Below, in pieces: positions 1 to 12,184 of a stretch of 64,000 nucleotides of DNA. The first letter of the stretch is position 1. Every line of letters begins with the position of its first letter. The DNA is from Nitrospirales bacterium (GTDB lineage Bacteria; Nitrospirota; Nitrospiria; Nitrospirales; UBA8639), in assembly GCA_963555755.3 (NCBI GenBank), contig OY820905.2:3840001-3904000 (forward strand), read 5' to 3'. A model generated the notes under the pieces. That model was not told where the DNA came from and did not search any database. It saw nothing but the letters and a program-made list of their open reading frames with translations. The translations under genes and the position numbers were made by a program.

Positions 1-3000
1 GTCCCCTTCAAATCCAGTCTGATGGGCCGTATCGATCTCTGCGGTGTGGGTGACGGATTCCCGTGTCAATTCAAGTTTGTGTGAGACTTTTCCGTTTCCT
101 CGCCCATTCCCGTGTTGTCCATTTTTATTGCCTCGCCGTGAAGGAAACAGCTCCGAGCTGATGGTGGCAGAGGTAATGGTTCTTGGGTCAGCGGGTTCAT
201 CGTCGGTGCATTCAGGGTCTTGTTTGACGGAATCTCCCCGAAGGTCTTCCTGTACAACCTGTTGCAGGTCAGTCCGGTCTAGATACGTGATGGCGAGTTC
301 ACGGAAGATGTAGTCGATGATTGAAGTCGACATTTTGATATGGTCATTCAGTTTGACGGGGCCATTGGGTTCGAACCGGGTGAAGAGGAAGGCTTCTACG
401 AACTCTTCGAGTGGGACGCCATGTTGGAGCCCCAAAGAAATGGCGATGGCGAAGCAGTTGATCAAACTGCGGAAGGCGGCCCCTTCTTTGTGCATATCGA
501 GGAAAATTTCTCCCAACGTGCCATCTTCATATTCTCCGGTTCGAAGATAAATTTTGTGACCGCCGACATTCGCCTTTTGGGTATAGCCCACTCGTCGAGT
601 GGGAAGTGGACGACGTTTAGCTAAATACCGAACCATGATGCGTTCCGTGATCTGCTGAGCCTTGACCATGATCTCATCAGATGCTTCTGTGGTCTGGATA
701 ATGTCACTGGAGGCGCTCAGTGGTTGGCTGAGTTTCGAGCCATCACGATAGAGGGCCACGGCTTTGAGCATGTTTTTCCACCCCAAATAATAGGCATCCT
801 TGACATGGCCGACGGTGGATTCTGCTGGCATGTTGATGGTTTTGCTAATAGCTCCGCTGATAAACGGTTGGGCTGCGGCCATGGTGCGAATATGGGCATC
901 AGTGGAAATATATCGTTTTCCAATTCGGCCACAGCGGTTGGCGCAATCAAAGACGGGCAAATGCTCAGTTTGGAGATGAGGCGCTCCTTCAACTGTCATC
1001 GTTCCGCAACAAAAATCATTTGCTGCTAAAATTTCTTCCTGTGCAAATCCTAGTTCCTTGAGCATATTGAACTTTGGGTCATTGAGTTGGGTATCCGTGA
1101 ATCTTAAGCGATCTCGACAGAAGTCTTCGCCCAAGGTCCATTTATTAAACGCAAATTGAATTTCGAATACCCCATCGAGCGTGGCTTCGATTCGTTCCAT
1201 GGCCTCAGGGTTAAAGTCTTTCGCCATCAGCGATTCATGGTTGATGAACGGTGCATGTTTCAATGTCCGTGTGCCGGTGGCATAGGTAATAATGTCGTGA
1301 ATCTGCTCTTGGGTGTACCCGAGTTTCTTCAACGCGGGTGGCAGACTTTGGTTGATGATTTTAAAGTACCCACCACCAGCCAATTTTTTGAATTTGACCA
1401 GGGCAAAGTCTGGTTCAATGCCCGTCGTGTCACAATCCATGACCAATCCAATGGTACCGGTTGGCGCAATGACGGTGGCTTGGGCATTGCGGTACCCATG
1501 CGCTTCGCCTAATTTAACAGCTCGATCCCATGTTTCTCGTGCTGCGGCAAGGAGGTTGCTGGGCGCCTCACGTTCATCGATACACTGGGGAGGGATGGTC
1601 AAGCCTTCGTACGCGCCATAAGACGTCCCATATGTCGCGCGTCGATGATTTCGCATGACACGCAACATGGATTCACGGTTCTTTGCATAGCCGGGGAACG
1701 GTCCGAGTTCCGCAGCCATTTCCGCGGATGTGGCATAGGATTCTCCAGTCAGAATAGCGGTGAGCGTTCCAGTGATGGCTAAGGCCTTAGGAGAGCCGTA
1801 GGGTATGCCTTGCCGCATGAGCAGGGAGCCCAGGTTGGCATATCCCAGTCCCAAGGTTCGAAACTTATAACTTTTCTCGGCAATAGACTTGCTGGGGAAT
1901 CCAGCCATGAGCACGCTAATTTCCAATACGATCGTCCATAGTCGAATCGCATGCTGGTAGGCGGGAACATCAAATTCCCCTTCTGGGGTCATAAAGGTCC
2001 CCAGATTTAACGAGGCTAAATTGCAGGCCGTGTCATCTAAGAACATGTATTCACTGCAAGGGTTCGAGGCATTAATGCGTCCATCCTCTGGACAGGTATG
2101 CCATTCATTGATGGTGGTGTCATATTGAATGCCGGGGTCCGCACATATCCACGCGGCCCAGGAAATCCGGTCCCACAATTCCCTGGCTTTGAATGTTTTC
2201 GTGGGTTTCCCATCGGTCCGTCGCGTCAAGATCCAGTCTGCATCCTGATTTAAGGCGTCAAAAAACGCATTCGGCACACGAATGCTGTTATTGGAATTTT
2301 GCCCGGAAACGGTTTGGTAGGCTTTGCTATCCCAATTGGTGTCGTATTCATGAAACACAAAATGGGTAAACCCTTCTTGTGCGTAGGCATACATCCGTTG
2401 AATGTAGGGCTCAGGAACGGCGGAGTCACGAGCAGCCTTCAGGGCCTGTTTGAGCGAAGGATTCCGTTGTGGGTCGATTTCTACAGATGTCTGATCGCCG
2501 GATTTGAGCTGGCACGCCTGAAGAACCGCATTTAACCGTTGGGCACAGACTTTTGATCCTGTGACCATGGCCGCGACTTTTTGTTCTTCGATAACCTTCC
2601 AGTCGATGAATTGTTCAATGTCGGGATGATCGAGATCCAAACACACCATCTTGGCGGCCCGACGAGTGGTGCCCCCAGATTTGATCGCGCCTGCCGCGCG
2701 ATCGCCAATCCGTAGAAATGACATCAGGCCGGAGGATTTTCCACCTCCGGATAGGGGCTCATCGTCACCTCGTAGTTTGGAAAAGTTCGTTCCGGTTCCA
2801 GACCCATATTTGAAGAGCCGGGCTTCACGAACCCACAGATCCATGATGCCACCTTCGTTCACGAGGTCATCGGAAACGGATTGGATGAAACAGGCATGGA
2901 CTTGAGGGCGTTCATAGGCGTTCTTCGATCGGTTGAGTCGTTTGGTGCTGGGATCGACGTAATAATGTCCTTGCGAAGGGCCAACAAGCCCATAGGCACT

Positions 3001-3438
3001 ATGGAGGCCTGTATTAAACCATTGTGGCGAATTCGGGGCCGCCATTTGTTTAGCCAACATAAAACACAATTCATCATAAAACGTGTGTCCGTCCTCATCC
3101 GTATCAAAATATCCATGGGTTTGGCCCCAGCGGGACCAGCACCCTGCGAGCCGATGAAAGACGTGTCGAGCATCCCGCTCACACCCCGTGAGTGGGTTTC
3201 CGTCGGCATCTTGGAGGGAGGCTCCCTGCTCATCCAATTGTGGGATCCCGGCTTTTCGGAAGTACTTTTGGGCTAGGATATCCACGGCCAACTGGGACCA
3301 CTGTTCTGGCGCCTGAATATCCTCATGCTGAAACACTACCGAACCATCAGGATTCCGAATTTCAGATGATCGGGTCGAAAAGGGAATCGTTTCATAAGGA
3401 CTTTGGCCCGGTTGAGTAAAACGACGCTCGATTTTCAA
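1..3438 (-). CDS. nrdJ: Vitamin B12-dependent (class II) ribonucleotide reductase, 3' end runs off the window
   Basis: Manual translation from TTG 3438 (AGGAG RBS): [20 protein letters not shown]...; motifs [36 protein letters not shown] and [20 protein letters not shown]. Absent from the ORF track because it has no stop in the window. Confidence 0.93.
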   Translation of the reverse strand, partial: MKIERRFTQPGQSPYETIPFSTRSSEIRNPDGSVVFQHEDIQAPEQWSQLAVDILAQKYFRKAGIPQLDEQGASLQDADGNPLTGCERDARHVFHRLAGCWSRWGQTHGYFDTDEDGHTFYDELCFMLAKQMAAPNSPQWFNTGLHSAYGLVGPSQGHYYVDPSTKRLNRSKNAYERPQVHACFIQSVSDDLVNEGGIMDLWVREARLFKYGSGTGTNFSKLRGDDEPLSGGGKSSGLMSFLRIGDRAAGAIKSGGTTRRAAKMVCLDLDHPDIEQFIDWKVIEEQKVAAMVTGSKVCAQRLNAVLQACQLKSGDQTSVEIDPQRNPSLKQALKAARDSAVPEPYIQRMYAYAQEGFTHFVFHEYDTNWDSKAYQTVSGQNSNNSIRVPNAFFDALNQDADWILTRRTDGKPTKTFKARELWDRISWAAWICADPGIQYDTTINEWHTCPEDGRINASNPCSEYMFLDDTACNLASLNLGTFMTPEGEFDVPAYQHAIRLWTIVLEISVLMAGFPSKSIAEKSYKFRTLGLGYANLGSLLMRQGIPYGSPKALAITGTLTAILTGESYATSAEMAAELGPFPGYAKNRESMLRVMRNHRRATYGTSYGAYEGLTIPPQCIDEREAPSNLLAAARETWDRAVKLGEAHGYRNAQATVIAPTGTIGLVMDCDTTGIEPDFALVKFKKLAGGGYFKIINQSLPPALKKLGYTQEQIHDIITYATGTRTLKHAPFINHESLMAKDFNPEAMERIEATLDGVFEIQFAFNKWTLGEDFCRDRLRFTDTQLNDPKFNMLKELGFAQEEILAANDFCCGTMTVEGAPHLQTEHLPVFDCANRCGRIGKRYISTDAHIRTMAAAQPFISGAISKTINMPAESTVGHVKDAYYLGWKNMLKAVALYRDGSKLSQPLSASSDIIQTTEASDEIMVKAQQITERIMVRYLAKRRPLPTRRVGYTQKANVGGHKIYLRTGEYEDGTLGEIFLDMHKEGAAFRSLINCFAIAISLGLQHGVPLEEFVEAFLFTRFEPNGPVKLNDHIKMSTSIIDYIFRELAITYLDRTDLQQVVQEDLRGDSVKQDPECTDDEPADPRTITSATISSELFPSRRGNKNGQHGNGRGNGKVSHKLELTRESVTHTAEIDTAHQTGFEGD

Positions 3439-3561
3439 GCCAATTCTCCTTTGCCTTTGAGTAAAGAAAGGTCAGGTCGTAATGGATCGACTGTAAACAT
3501 ATTCCATGGCATTTTAGTGTACCATTTGCGTAAATCAGGAAGGAGATGTTCAATCGAGGAG

Positions 3562-3609
3562 GCACAATCTATAGCGGTTAGGGTAAATTGTCAATACTAA
3601 ATATTGTGT
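3562..3609. promoter_or_regulatory. Tandem NrdR boxes
   Basis: GCACAATCTATAGCGG (3562-3577) and ATACTAAATATTGTGT (3594-3609) match acaCwAtATaTwGtgt. They are 32 bp apart, directly upstream of nrdJ. Confidence 0.8.
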
Positions 3610-4122
3610 TTTTAGATGAAATGATGGGGATAAAAGTGAATAGCCTGTGAACAAAGAAAAGCCATAAAATGTCAATGTGTTGCAAGGAAATATATTGAGT
3701 TATGCACAGGTTGCTTAGGGTTTGACTTTCATATCCACAGGCCTTCCTTCATTCTGTCTAATTTTTTTTAAAGATGTCTTTCCGTAAGGGGAAACTGGCT
3801 TGGAAATACCAAAAGATGATGTTGAAAAATGGCTTCAGCGGCGTACTCATGGTTTGTCTCTGGTCGCTTGTTTTTGTCGCTAGGTTGTGATCTTTCGTGC
3901 CCTCATTTTTTTTGAGCGATTAGCGACAAGTTCCCTGTTTTCCATTGATCCGGCCTTTCCTTGGGACCAAGCTTGTTTCTTGTCTTGAGTAAGGCCGAAG
4001 GGCCTCTTCCGGCCTGGATTTTTTCACTCTGGTCGTACTATGCTAAGGGGTGAATGGTGAGGAACGCTGGCATGGGACCGAACTTCAGCGAAGGTCTCAA
4101 TTAAAAATTGTGAGGTGATGGC

Positions 4123-4413
4123 ATGTATGTGTGGAGTAAGCGAATCGTCCTGACGTTATTGGTGTTGTTCGGAATTCTGGAGGTAGTCTTTTGGCTGACG
4201 TCAACTGGTGAAGAAGCCAGTGCACTCGTGACGCGAACCACCCATTGGATGGCCTTGAACTATGTACTGTTGCTGGTATGGGTGTTTGTGTGGATGTACG
4301 ATCAAGCGCGAGTACGGGGGAAGAACATCTGGATTTGGATGCTCCCGTTTTTTATCGCCCCCTTGCCGACCTTAATGGCGTTTGTGTTGGTGCTGCAACG
4401 CCGTGCAAAGTAA
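4123..4413 (+). CDS. Small membrane protein (about 3 TM), function unknown
   Basis: GAGGTG RBS; hydrophobic 96-aa ORF. Confidence 0.7.
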   Translation: MYVWSKRIVLTLLVLFGILEVVFWLTSTGEEASALVTRTTHWMALNYVLLLVWVFVWMYDQARVRGKNIWIWMLPFFIAPLPTLMAFVLVLQRRAK

Positions 4414-4414
4414 C

Positions 4415-4539
4415 GGGAGGCTGTTGAAAAAGTCCGCCAGCGGCGTTCTCGGTCCGTTGTCGTGCTCACGTACTATGAGTACGCTCCGCGCGCCAACGGC
4501 CCTGCGGCCTTGCTGGACGGGCCTTTTTGAACAGCTCCC
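4415..4539 (+). repeat. MITE-like palindromic repeat, family A, copy 1
   Basis: Termini GGCTGTTGAAAAAG...CTTTTTGAACAGC; homologous copies at ~35995, ~56887 and ~59298. Confidence 0.8.
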
Positions 4540-4565
4540 AGATACAACTGGGCTCGGAAGACTCG

Positions 4566-5960
4566 CTATCCAATAAGGACCCGAGACTCGGGATAGCGGT
4601 ATCGAGCCGGAATGGTGGTTTGGACCGCGAACAGCCCAATCAGCAATGGGCCAAATCGGCCTAGGAGCATGGAGACGATAATGACCAGTTTTCCGAAATC
4701 CGTGAGTAAGGCAGAGAAACTGCGGCCGTCCCCATCACCTAGCGACATGCCGACAATGCCCATGGCAGATGTGACCTCAAACATGATGCTCAAAAACGGC
4801 CGTTCTTCCGTAAAGGCTAAGGCTAGCGTGAACAGAGTAATGGTGGTAAAGGCAAGAATGCACAACACAAATGCCCTGACAATAAGATCTTTAGGAATGC
4901 GCCGGTGAAACACTTCCACATCAGCTTTTCTCCAGAGTACGGCCCAAATTGTGAGCCAAATAATGGCAAACGTGGTGGTTTTAATACCGCCAGACATGCT
5001 CCCGGGAGAGCCGCCAATCGTCATCAGTAACAACAGAAAATACAGCGTCGCATCCTTCATGTCTCCGATATCCATGGTGGTAAATCCCGCGGTGCGAGAG
5101 ACGGTGTGGAAATGAGCAACTGCGATACGCTCTCCCAGGCTCAAGGGGCCAAACGTACGAGGATTGTTCCACTCCAGGATCGTGATCCCCAGGGTTCCTG
5201 AAATCAACATGACCAAGGTGACGACGACCACCAATTTGGTATGAGTCTGAAAGCGAAACCGTTTGCCGGTGACGTTGTCCCAGGCATCATGAAAGAGAAA
5301 AAACCCAAGGCTGCCGAAGACGATTAAAATCGTCACGATAAGATTAATGGGAATGTCGGATTGATAGGCAATGAGGCTATCGGAGAATAAGGCAAACCCC
5401 GCATTGTTAAAGGCGGAAATCGAATGGAAGATGCCGGCGTACAGCGCTTGCCCCCATGGCATATCCTGGGCAAATCGCAGTGTAAGGAACATGGCTCCGA
5501 GACCTTCGAAGATCACGGTGGCGACTGCCACGATTTTGACATAGCGAACCGTCTCCCCCATGTCTGAGACACTGAGCGATTCCACGAGCATCATCCGGTC
5601 GCGCAACCCAATGCGATGTCCCAGCGCGAGCAAGATGAGTGTGGCCATGAGCGCATACCCGAGTCCGCCGATTTGGACTAGCATGAGAATGACGAGTTGG
5701 CCAAAGAGGGTAAATTCCGTTGGTGTGTCCATGACAATGAGGCCAGTCACGCATACGGCGGAGGTTGAGGTAAACAGCGCATCAAGAAATCCAAGCTCCA
5801 CGCTCTCTGGCGTGGAAAACGGCAACATCAAAAGAACCGTTCCAATTAAAATAAGCCCTGCGGCGGCCAAAGCGACGATTTGGCCGGGCAGCAACCTGAT
5901 GGATGACAGGCGCCTCAGAAAAGATTCGTGTCGAGTCTTCGTGTGTTCAGTGAAGGCCAT
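4566..5960 (-). CDS. TrkH/KtrB family potassium uptake membrane subunit
   Basis: Pore-loop motifs FTSTSAVCVTGL, SAFNNAGF, SRTAGFT and IGGSPGSMSGGIKTTT. Likely start ATG 5960. Confidence 0.92.
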   Translation of the reverse strand: MAFTEHTKTRHESFLRRLSSIRLLPGQIVALAAAGLILIGTVLLMLPFSTPESVELGFLDALFTSTSAVCVTGLIVMDTPTEFTLFGQLVILMLVQIGGLGYALMATLILLALGHRIGLRDRMMLVESLSVSDMGETVRYVKIVAVATVIFEGLGAMFLTLRFAQDMPWGQALYAGIFHSISAFNNAGFALFSDSLIAYQSDIPINLIVTILIVFGSLGFFLFHDAWDNVTGKRFRFQTHTKLVVVVTLVMLISGTLGITILEWNNPRTFGPLSLGERIAVAHFHTVSRTAGFTTMDIGDMKDATLYFLLLLMTIGGSPGSMSGGIKTTTFAIIWLTIWAVLWRKADVEVFHRRIPKDLIVRAFVLCILAFTTITLFTLALAFTEERPFLSIMFEVTSAMGIVGMSLGDGDGRSFSALLTDFGKLVIIVSMLLGRFGPLLIGLFAVQTTIPARYRYPESRVLIG

Positions 5961-6188
5961 AATGGTGTGATGTAGGTAAGGGCTGTAGGAGTGGTGGAAG
6001 AAAAGAATTTTGAGGTTATTAAACACGGATTGGAATCGAAAGTCACCTTTCCAATTGATGCTTCAGGTTTATTGCAACACATGTCGTGTGAGGCGGGTCT
6101 TATTTTTCAGGAGGTGGACCTATCCAAGCGAGAGTGACACAAGAGGTGAATGCTAAGGTTGTAACCGTACGTAGGGGTTCAGGTCCTC

Positions 6189-6593
6189 CTAACAACGTTG
6201 TCCGTTGAAGAGGCATGGTTTGTAACGGCTGGGGTCGAAATCAACTTCTTCTTGATACACCAATTCATTGCCATTGACCCCGTCCTGTTCAGGATCGTTA
6301 TACATGGTATGATTCCACCAATAAAACAAGGGATAGGCTTCGTGGTAATATACCGGATTCCCGTACACGCTACGCTGATGCTCCAGCACTTTCCGTCCGA
6401 CGACATAATCGACATCATCAGTGCCTGTGAGTGAATACAGAAAGATGATCATTTGTGCTTCATGATCATAGATTTCCTCCAGGCGGGTCTCTTCATCGGG
6501 TTCCGTGGGGAGATTGGGTTGGGACCAACCGAGGGAGGAACACATAAGTGAAGACGCAAGTAACACCACGGGAATACTCCAAGCCTTCTTCAT
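6189..6593 (-). CDS. Secreted hypothetical protein
   Basis: N-terminal signal-peptide-like segment; 134 aa. Confidence 0.65.
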   Translation of the reverse strand: MKKAWSIPVVLLASSLMCSSLGWSQPNLPTEPDEETRLEEIYDHEAQMIIFLYSLTGTDDVDYVVGRKVLEHQRSVYGNPVYYHEAYPLFYWWNHTMYNDPEQDGVNGNELVYQEEVDFDPSRYKPCLFNGQRC

Positions 6594-6767
6594 GATCGTT
6601 CTTCCTTCTCACGTTGGAGTCACGAGTCAGTTTGTCGGAATGTCAACGACATTTTACCCTATCGGCGTCCTATCGGCAATTTGTTTCCGATTCCTCAAGG
6701 GTCACGGTTGTTCTCTTCAGTAGGGGTTTTCTATAATGTCTTTCTCTTTTGTCCTCTTGGGAGATAT

Positions 6768-8120
6768 ATGAAGAAAGTTGCGTTTCATACCATCGGGTGT
6801 CGCCTGAATCAATCGGAAACCGCGGTGCTGGCTGATCGCTTAAAAACGATTGGCTATGAGCGGGTTGAGTTTGGAGCACCCACGGATTTGTTAGTTCTGA
6901 ATACGTGCTCTGTCACTGAAGGTGCCGAGATTGATTGCCGCCGTGCGATCCGGCGTACGTTGCGACAATCTCCCCAAGCATTTGTGGCGGTGACCGGGTG
7001 TTATGCCCAAACCGGGTTACAAGCCTTACAGACAATACCAGGGGTGGATTTGGTATTAGGGAATCGGTTTAAGATGAACTTGCCGGACTATGTCCGGCCG
7101 GAAGTTATTACCGAAAAATTCTCTTTGCCGAAAATGCTGCATACCCGGACCATTGACCGGGAAGATTTTCTCCAAGAGGGCGTGGGGGACTATGCGACCA
7201 CACGGGCCAATCTCAAGATACAGGATGGCTGTAATTTCATGTGTTCGTTTTGCCTCATTCCGTTTGCTCGAGGGCGAGAACGCAGTCGGCAGCTCGATGA
7301 TGCCGTTCGGGAAGCCGAGCAACTCGTGGACCGAGGCCACAAGGAACTTGTGCTGACGGGTGTGAATATTGGTCAATTTGCGAGTGGTGGCTTGGGGATT
7401 ATTGATCTTATTCAACGTTTGGAATCGATCCCAGAGTTGGCTCGGATCCGCATTTCGTCTATCGAGCCCACGACGATTCCTGAGGCCCTATTGGACTATA
7501 TGGCTTCCTCCTCCAAGCTGTGTCGCTTTTTACACGTTCCGTTGCAAAGTGGAGACGATGAGATTTTGCACGGGATGAACCGGCGGTATACCGTGAAAGA
7601 ATACGCCGACTGGGTGTGTCATGCCGCTCGAAAGATTCCGGATGTGTGCATCGGCACGGATCTCATGGTAGGATTTCCGGGGGAGAGTGAACAACAATTT
7701 GACAATACTCGCTCAGTGGTCGCGGATCTTCCCCTGGCGTATTTTCATGTCTTCAGTTATTCGACGCGTCCGGGAACGGCTGCGACTCGCATGGACAATC
7801 ATGTGCCCGCCAAGACGATGAAAGCTCGAAGTAAAAACCTTTCTGAACTTTCACGGGGCAAGCGAGCTGAATTTTACCGGAAGTTTGTCGATCGTCGCGT
7901 GTCGGTCTTGTTCGAATCGTCCGAGTCTGCAGGTTGGTGGAGTGGGTTGACCGACAACTATATTCGGGTCCGAGTGCCTAGCACGACGGTGTCGTCGAAC
8001 GAAATCCATACGGTTCAAATAACCGGCGCCATGGGGGAGGCGGCCCTTGGGCACGTCATTAATGCTGAGGATCAGCTTGTACACCACAGAGAAGTTCTGA
8101 ATCTCGTGGTATCATCGTAG
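6768..8120 (+). CDS. mtaB: tRNA t6A37 methylthiotransferase (radical SAM)
   Basis: HTIGCRLNQSE, TGCYAQ, KIQDGCNFMCSFCLIP and RIRISSIEP. Likely start ATG 6768. Confidence 0.9.
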   Translation: MKKVAFHTIGCRLNQSETAVLADRLKTIGYERVEFGAPTDLLVLNTCSVTEGAEIDCRRAIRRTLRQSPQAFVAVTGCYAQTGLQALQTIPGVDLVLGNRFKMNLPDYVRPEVITEKFSLPKMLHTRTIDREDFLQEGVGDYATTRANLKIQDGCNFMCSFCLIPFARGRERSRQLDDAVREAEQLVDRGHKELVLTGVNIGQFASGGLGIIDLIQRLESIPELARIRISSIEPTTIPEALLDYMASSSKLCRFLHVPLQSGDDEILHGMNRRYTVKEYADWVCHAARKIPDVCIGTDLMVGFPGESEQQFDNTRSVVADLPLAYFHVFSYSTRPGTAATRMDNHVPAKTMKARSKNLSELSRGKRAEFYRKFVDRRVSVLFESSESAGWWSGLTDNYIRVRVPSTTVSSNEIHTVQITGAMGEAALGHVINAEDQLVHHREVLNLVVSS

Positions 8121-8131
8121 GACTCACAACC

Positions 8132-9469
8132 ATGCCCTATCAGGTTTTTATTGAAACATTCGGGTGTCAAATGAATGAGTATGACACGGAACTTGTGCGG
8201 TCGTTGCTGCTGAAAAACGGGTTCACGTTTACCGAGGATCACGCCCAGGCTGACGTGTGGCTCATGAACACCTGTGCCATTCGAGAAAATGCGCACAATC
8301 GGGTGTATGGTCATCTGGGCGATTGCCGAGTGATCAATCGGGAACGCAAGGTTGTGGTGGGTGTGTTGGGGTGTATGGCTCAGAATTTAAAAAAAGAATT
8401 AATGGAGAGCAATCCGGTGATCGATGTCATCGTGGGACCGGATGCCTATCGGCAATTGCCGGACCTCTTGACTCGGGCTCTTGAACAACAAGAAAAAACC
8501 CTGGCCGTGGACCTCTCGGAATATGAAACGTATGAATACATTTTGCCGGATCGTGGTCCTGGGCTGAATGGCTGGATTGCCGTCATGCGGGGATGCGATA
8601 ACTTTTGCACGTTTTGTGTGGTGCCCTACACCCGTGGACGAGAACGGTCACGCACTCCTGAAGGGATTCTCGAAGAAGCCCAAGGGTTAGTCTCCCAAGG
8701 GTATAAACAAATCACGCTCCTTGGCCAGAATGTCAACTCTTACTCCTGTAATGACTGGGATTTTTCCCGACTGCTCATTGCGGTCGCTGATATTCCTGGC
8801 ATTGAACGTGTCCGGTTTACCTCGCCCCACCCGAAAGATTTCCCGCCATCCTTGCTGGAGGCTGTGGCCCATCATCCTCGGGTGTGTCGACAGATCCATT
8901 TACCTCTGCAATCCGGAAACGATCGGATTCTTGAATTGATGGGGCGGTCCTACACTCGGAAAGGCTTTCTGTCTTTGGTCGAAGACATTCGACGCCGGGG
9001 GGATATTTCGCTTAGCACCGATATCCTTTGCGGCTTTTGTTCGGAAACGAATGCAGAGTACCGTGAGACCGTTGAGTTGGTCCAAGAGGTTGAATTTCAG
9101 TCAGCCTTTATTTTTACGTATTCCGAACGAAAGCATACCATTGCCAGTCGAAAATATCCGGATGATGTGCCGGCCCAGGTGAAGTCTGAACGAGCCACGC
9201 AATTATTCGAATTGCAACGGGCCATCTCCTCCAACCTGAATCATCGCCTGATTGGGAAGACTGTTGACGTGCTCATCGAAGGGCATGCCAAAAAGTCCCA
9301 GGAACAATGGATGGGTCATACGGAAAGTAATGTGACGGTGGTATGGAAAAAACAGGAGCCTTGGCTCCAGCTTGGGGACCTTATGTCCGTCACGGTCATG
9401 GATGCCTCAGCCTCTACACTCTTTGGAGTGGATGTGACGTCTCCATCGTCCCGCGTCTGTACTGACTGA
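8132..9469 (+). CDS. miaB: tRNA i6A37 methylthiotransferase (radical SAM)
   Basis: ETFGCQMNEYD, NTCAIRENA, RGCDNFCTFCVVPYTRGRERSR and RFTSPHPKD. Confidence 0.93.
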   Translation: MPYQVFIETFGCQMNEYDTELVRSLLLKNGFTFTEDHAQADVWLMNTCAIRENAHNRVYGHLGDCRVINRERKVVVGVLGCMAQNLKKELMESNPVIDVIVGPDAYRQLPDLLTRALEQQEKTLAVDLSEYETYEYILPDRGPGLNGWIAVMRGCDNFCTFCVVPYTRGRERSRTPEGILEEAQGLVSQGYKQITLLGQNVNSYSCNDWDFSRLLIAVADIPGIERVRFTSPHPKDFPPSLLEAVAHHPRVCRQIHLPLQSGNDRILELMGRSYTRKGFLSLVEDIRRRGDISLSTDILCGFCSETNAEYRETVELVQEVEFQSAFIFTYSERKHTIASRKYPDDVPAQVKSERATQLFELQRAISSNLNHRLIGKTVDVLIEGHAKKSQEQWMGHTESNVTVVWKKQEPWLQLGDLMSVTVMDASASTLFGVDVTSPSSRVCTD

Positions 9470-9470
9470 A

Positions 9471-9611
9471 GGGCACCTCTAAAAACCCGGCATTTTTTGT
9501 GAGGGCAAGGAAGCCGCGCGCGGAAAACCGGAGTGTATGGGCGAATACATGAGGATGTGAGCACGCGGCTGACGCCGCCATCACGGAAAAGGACGGTTTT
9601 TAGAGGTGCCC
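9471..9611 (+). mobile_element. 141-bp MITE, family B, copy 1
   Basis: TIR GGGCACCTCTAAAAACC; 4-bp TSD TGAA/TGAA that includes the miaB stop codon. Confidence 0.88.
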
Positions 9612-9707
9612 TGAAGGTCAGGCAGTTCAAACTTCTCCATTTGGCTATATCAAAATCAATCTAAAAACAGCAGTTACATGGCAGCTCTCCTGTTCATGAT
9701 TCGACTC

Positions 9708-9810
9708 TTCGACATGCTCAGGACTCAGCACAAACGTGGACCATGGCCGTCACCCGTTCGGTGAGAGTCCATTCGCCCTGAGCGCCGCGGTCACCGCGGC
9801 AGTCGAAGGG
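9708..9810. repeat. Degenerate CTTCGACA-GCTCAGG / CCCTGAG-GTCGAAGGG palindromic repeat (family H)
   Basis: Related motifs at 11211-11285 and inside two family-A copies (CCCTGAGTCTTTCCG[A/C]AGGG). Confidence 0.5.
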
Positions 9811-10156
9811 ATCCGAGATTTCCAACTGCCGTTTTTAGGTTCAATGCTTTTGGGGTGTTGTCTACCCGTTAAGGGGGGGGATCTCTTGGTGAAAATTGCC
9901 TGGGTGCGTTCTGGGTCTCGGATGTTTTATTGGCCCAACCTCACGGTCTGTCCACATTTTTGGTGGTGGTGAGGGAAAATGAGGCTCGTTTCAAACCAGG
10001 TTTGCCCAATAACCGTCTGTGTTCATTATGCTTAAGTCGTATTCGATTTGGCCGATAATTGTTAGGGAGAATCAAGACAGTCATGATGAGGTGACTGTGC
10101 AATATCACGTGTCCGATACCAGTCTGCACCCTTGCAGAAGATAAGGTGCCTAGTGG

Positions 10157-11110
10157 ATGACTCCTGAACTTATCCAACGACTCAAAAATTGCAAAACACT
10201 CCCGGCGATTCCTGCCTTGCCCTTGCAAGTCCTTCAGATGTGTCGTAGTGAAGATGCAGATATTAAGAAGATGGGGGATGTCATCAGTAAGGATCCCACC
10301 TTTGTCGCGAAAGTGCTCAATGTGGCGAATTCAAGCTTTTACGGAGGCTCACGGCATACAGTGACCACCGTAACTCAGGCCATCACGTTGTTGGGAATGA
10401 ATTCCATTGCCACCGTAGCCTTTTGCTTTTCGTTATACCGAGACCTCCGACGGCATGGGGCTAAGGGGTTTGATCATAAGCAATATTGGCGGCGATCACT
10501 TCTGGCGAGCGTGTCAGGTCGTGTCATCGGGACATGGGCTAAGGTCATCGATTGTGAAGAAATTTTCCTAGCAGCCCTACTCCAGGATATTGGCGTGTTG
10601 ATCTTGAGTGAAACGCATATGGATGTGTACGGCACAATCATGAAACAGGCCGACCGGAACCATACGCGATTACAGGAACTCGAGAGGGAGAAGATTGGGA
10701 CGGATCACAGCGAAGTGGGAGCGTGGTTAGCTGAAACCTGGCAGTTGCCAGAATTGTTACAAGCCGCCATTCGCTGCAGTCATGATCCATGGGAAATGGA
10801 TGTGCCTGAAGAATTCTTGCCAGTCGTGAAGACCGTAGCCTTCTCGGGCAAGTTAGCGGACATTTGGTGTGATCCACAAACCGAACAGGCCACACAGGAA
10901 GCAGCTCTTGCGGCGCAATCTATGCTCGGCATGGAATTCAACGAATTAGAAACATGTCTCGATCGTATCGCCAATGGATTTTTAGAAATGTCGGGGATCT
11001 TCCAAATTGATTTAGGCAATCCCCAAGAAATTACGAATATACTCGAAACAGCCAAGAAGACCATTCGAAGCCTTTCGGCAGGGGCCCCACAGCCAGCCGC
11101 AGTCTCCTAA
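10157..11110 (+). CDS. HDOD domain protein
   Basis: LPAIP...DPTFVAKVLNVANSSFYG, A(L)LQDIG and DHSEVGAWLAETWQLP. Confidence 0.88.
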   Translation: MTPELIQRLKNCKTLPAIPALPLQVLQMCRSEDADIKKMGDVISKDPTFVAKVLNVANSSFYGGSRHTVTTVTQAITLLGMNSIATVAFCFSLYRDLRRHGAKGFDHKQYWRRSLLASVSGRVIGTWAKVIDCEEIFLAALLQDIGVLILSETHMDVYGTIMKQADRNHTRLQELEREKIGTDHSEVGAWLAETWQLPELLQAAIRCSHDPWEMDVPEEFLPVVKTVAFSGKLADIWCDPQTEQATQEAALAAQSMLGMEFNELETCLDRIANGFLEMSGIFQIDLGNPQEITNILETAKKTIRSLSAGAPQPAAVS

Positions 11111-12184
11111 TCAGCGCATTCATGGCCATTCCCTTGGGACGTGACCGTCATGTGTGAAGCGTGATGAGTTTCCCGTTCCTACCCATCATGGATCACGGAA
11201 CCCCTGTCTGTCCTTCGACAGGCCCTATCCTGAGTCTGTCGAAGGATCAGGACAGGCCTTCATTTTGGCAAAGCTCAGGACAGGTTTGGAAGAGCCGTTT
11301 CGTCAAACAATATGCCGTGATCAGCAGGTGCTGGAACATGAAATCTTCCTGCATACCGGCTTGACTCCAGTTGCCCCACTATGTAGTGTTTTGCGACATG
11401 GTGAGTTACCCCAAGGACATGGCCGATCTGATGACCCGTTTTTTTACTGAGGAGGCCTGTCGCACCCATATTGAGAAGCTTCGATGGCCAGACGGGTATA
11501 CCTGTGTGAAATGTGGGAATCAAAAGAGGTGGAAAACCAAGCGAGGGTTGTCGATGTGCTCCAGCTGTCAATATCAGCAGTCACCCTTGGCCGGAACGAT
11601 TTTTCAAGATTCTCGTATCCCGTTGCGCATTTGGTTTCAGGCAATCTGGTGGTTTACAAGCCAGAAAAATGGAGCGAGCGCTCAAACGTTGCAAAGGGTG
11701 TTGGGGATGAGCGGTCACGAGCCTGCGTGGCTCATGCTTCATAAATTACGGGTTGCGATGGGTCGCCCCTCCCGCAACCGTCTTGCCGGGCAAGTTGAAG
11801 TGGATGAAGCCTAGTTGGGTGGAGAAGGAAACAAGCAACTTGTTGGCGTTGCCGTGGAAATCAAAGACAAAGGAAGTGGGCGAATGCGAAGGCAAACGCT
11901 TAAGGGCCGGACGAGCGCGGATGTCAAGAATTTCGTTCAGCAGCATGTTGAGCCTGGCAGTACGATTATAACCGACGGACTCACAAGTTATTGCTGTCTG
12001 GCAGACGAAGGGTATGCGCACAAACCAATGCGAAAGCCCGATGTTGGGGGAAATCACGACCCAGACGCGGACAACCTGTTGCCACGAGTCCACCGTGCCA
12101 TTTCACTGGTGAAACGTTGGCTACTGGGCACATACCAGGGACGCCTTGATCATAAGTACCTCGACGCCTACCTGAATGAATTTA

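Noticed and set aside
44..3600. Many plus-strand ORFs in the track
   Set aside because: Antisense shadows of nrdJ, which the track misses because it runs off the window.
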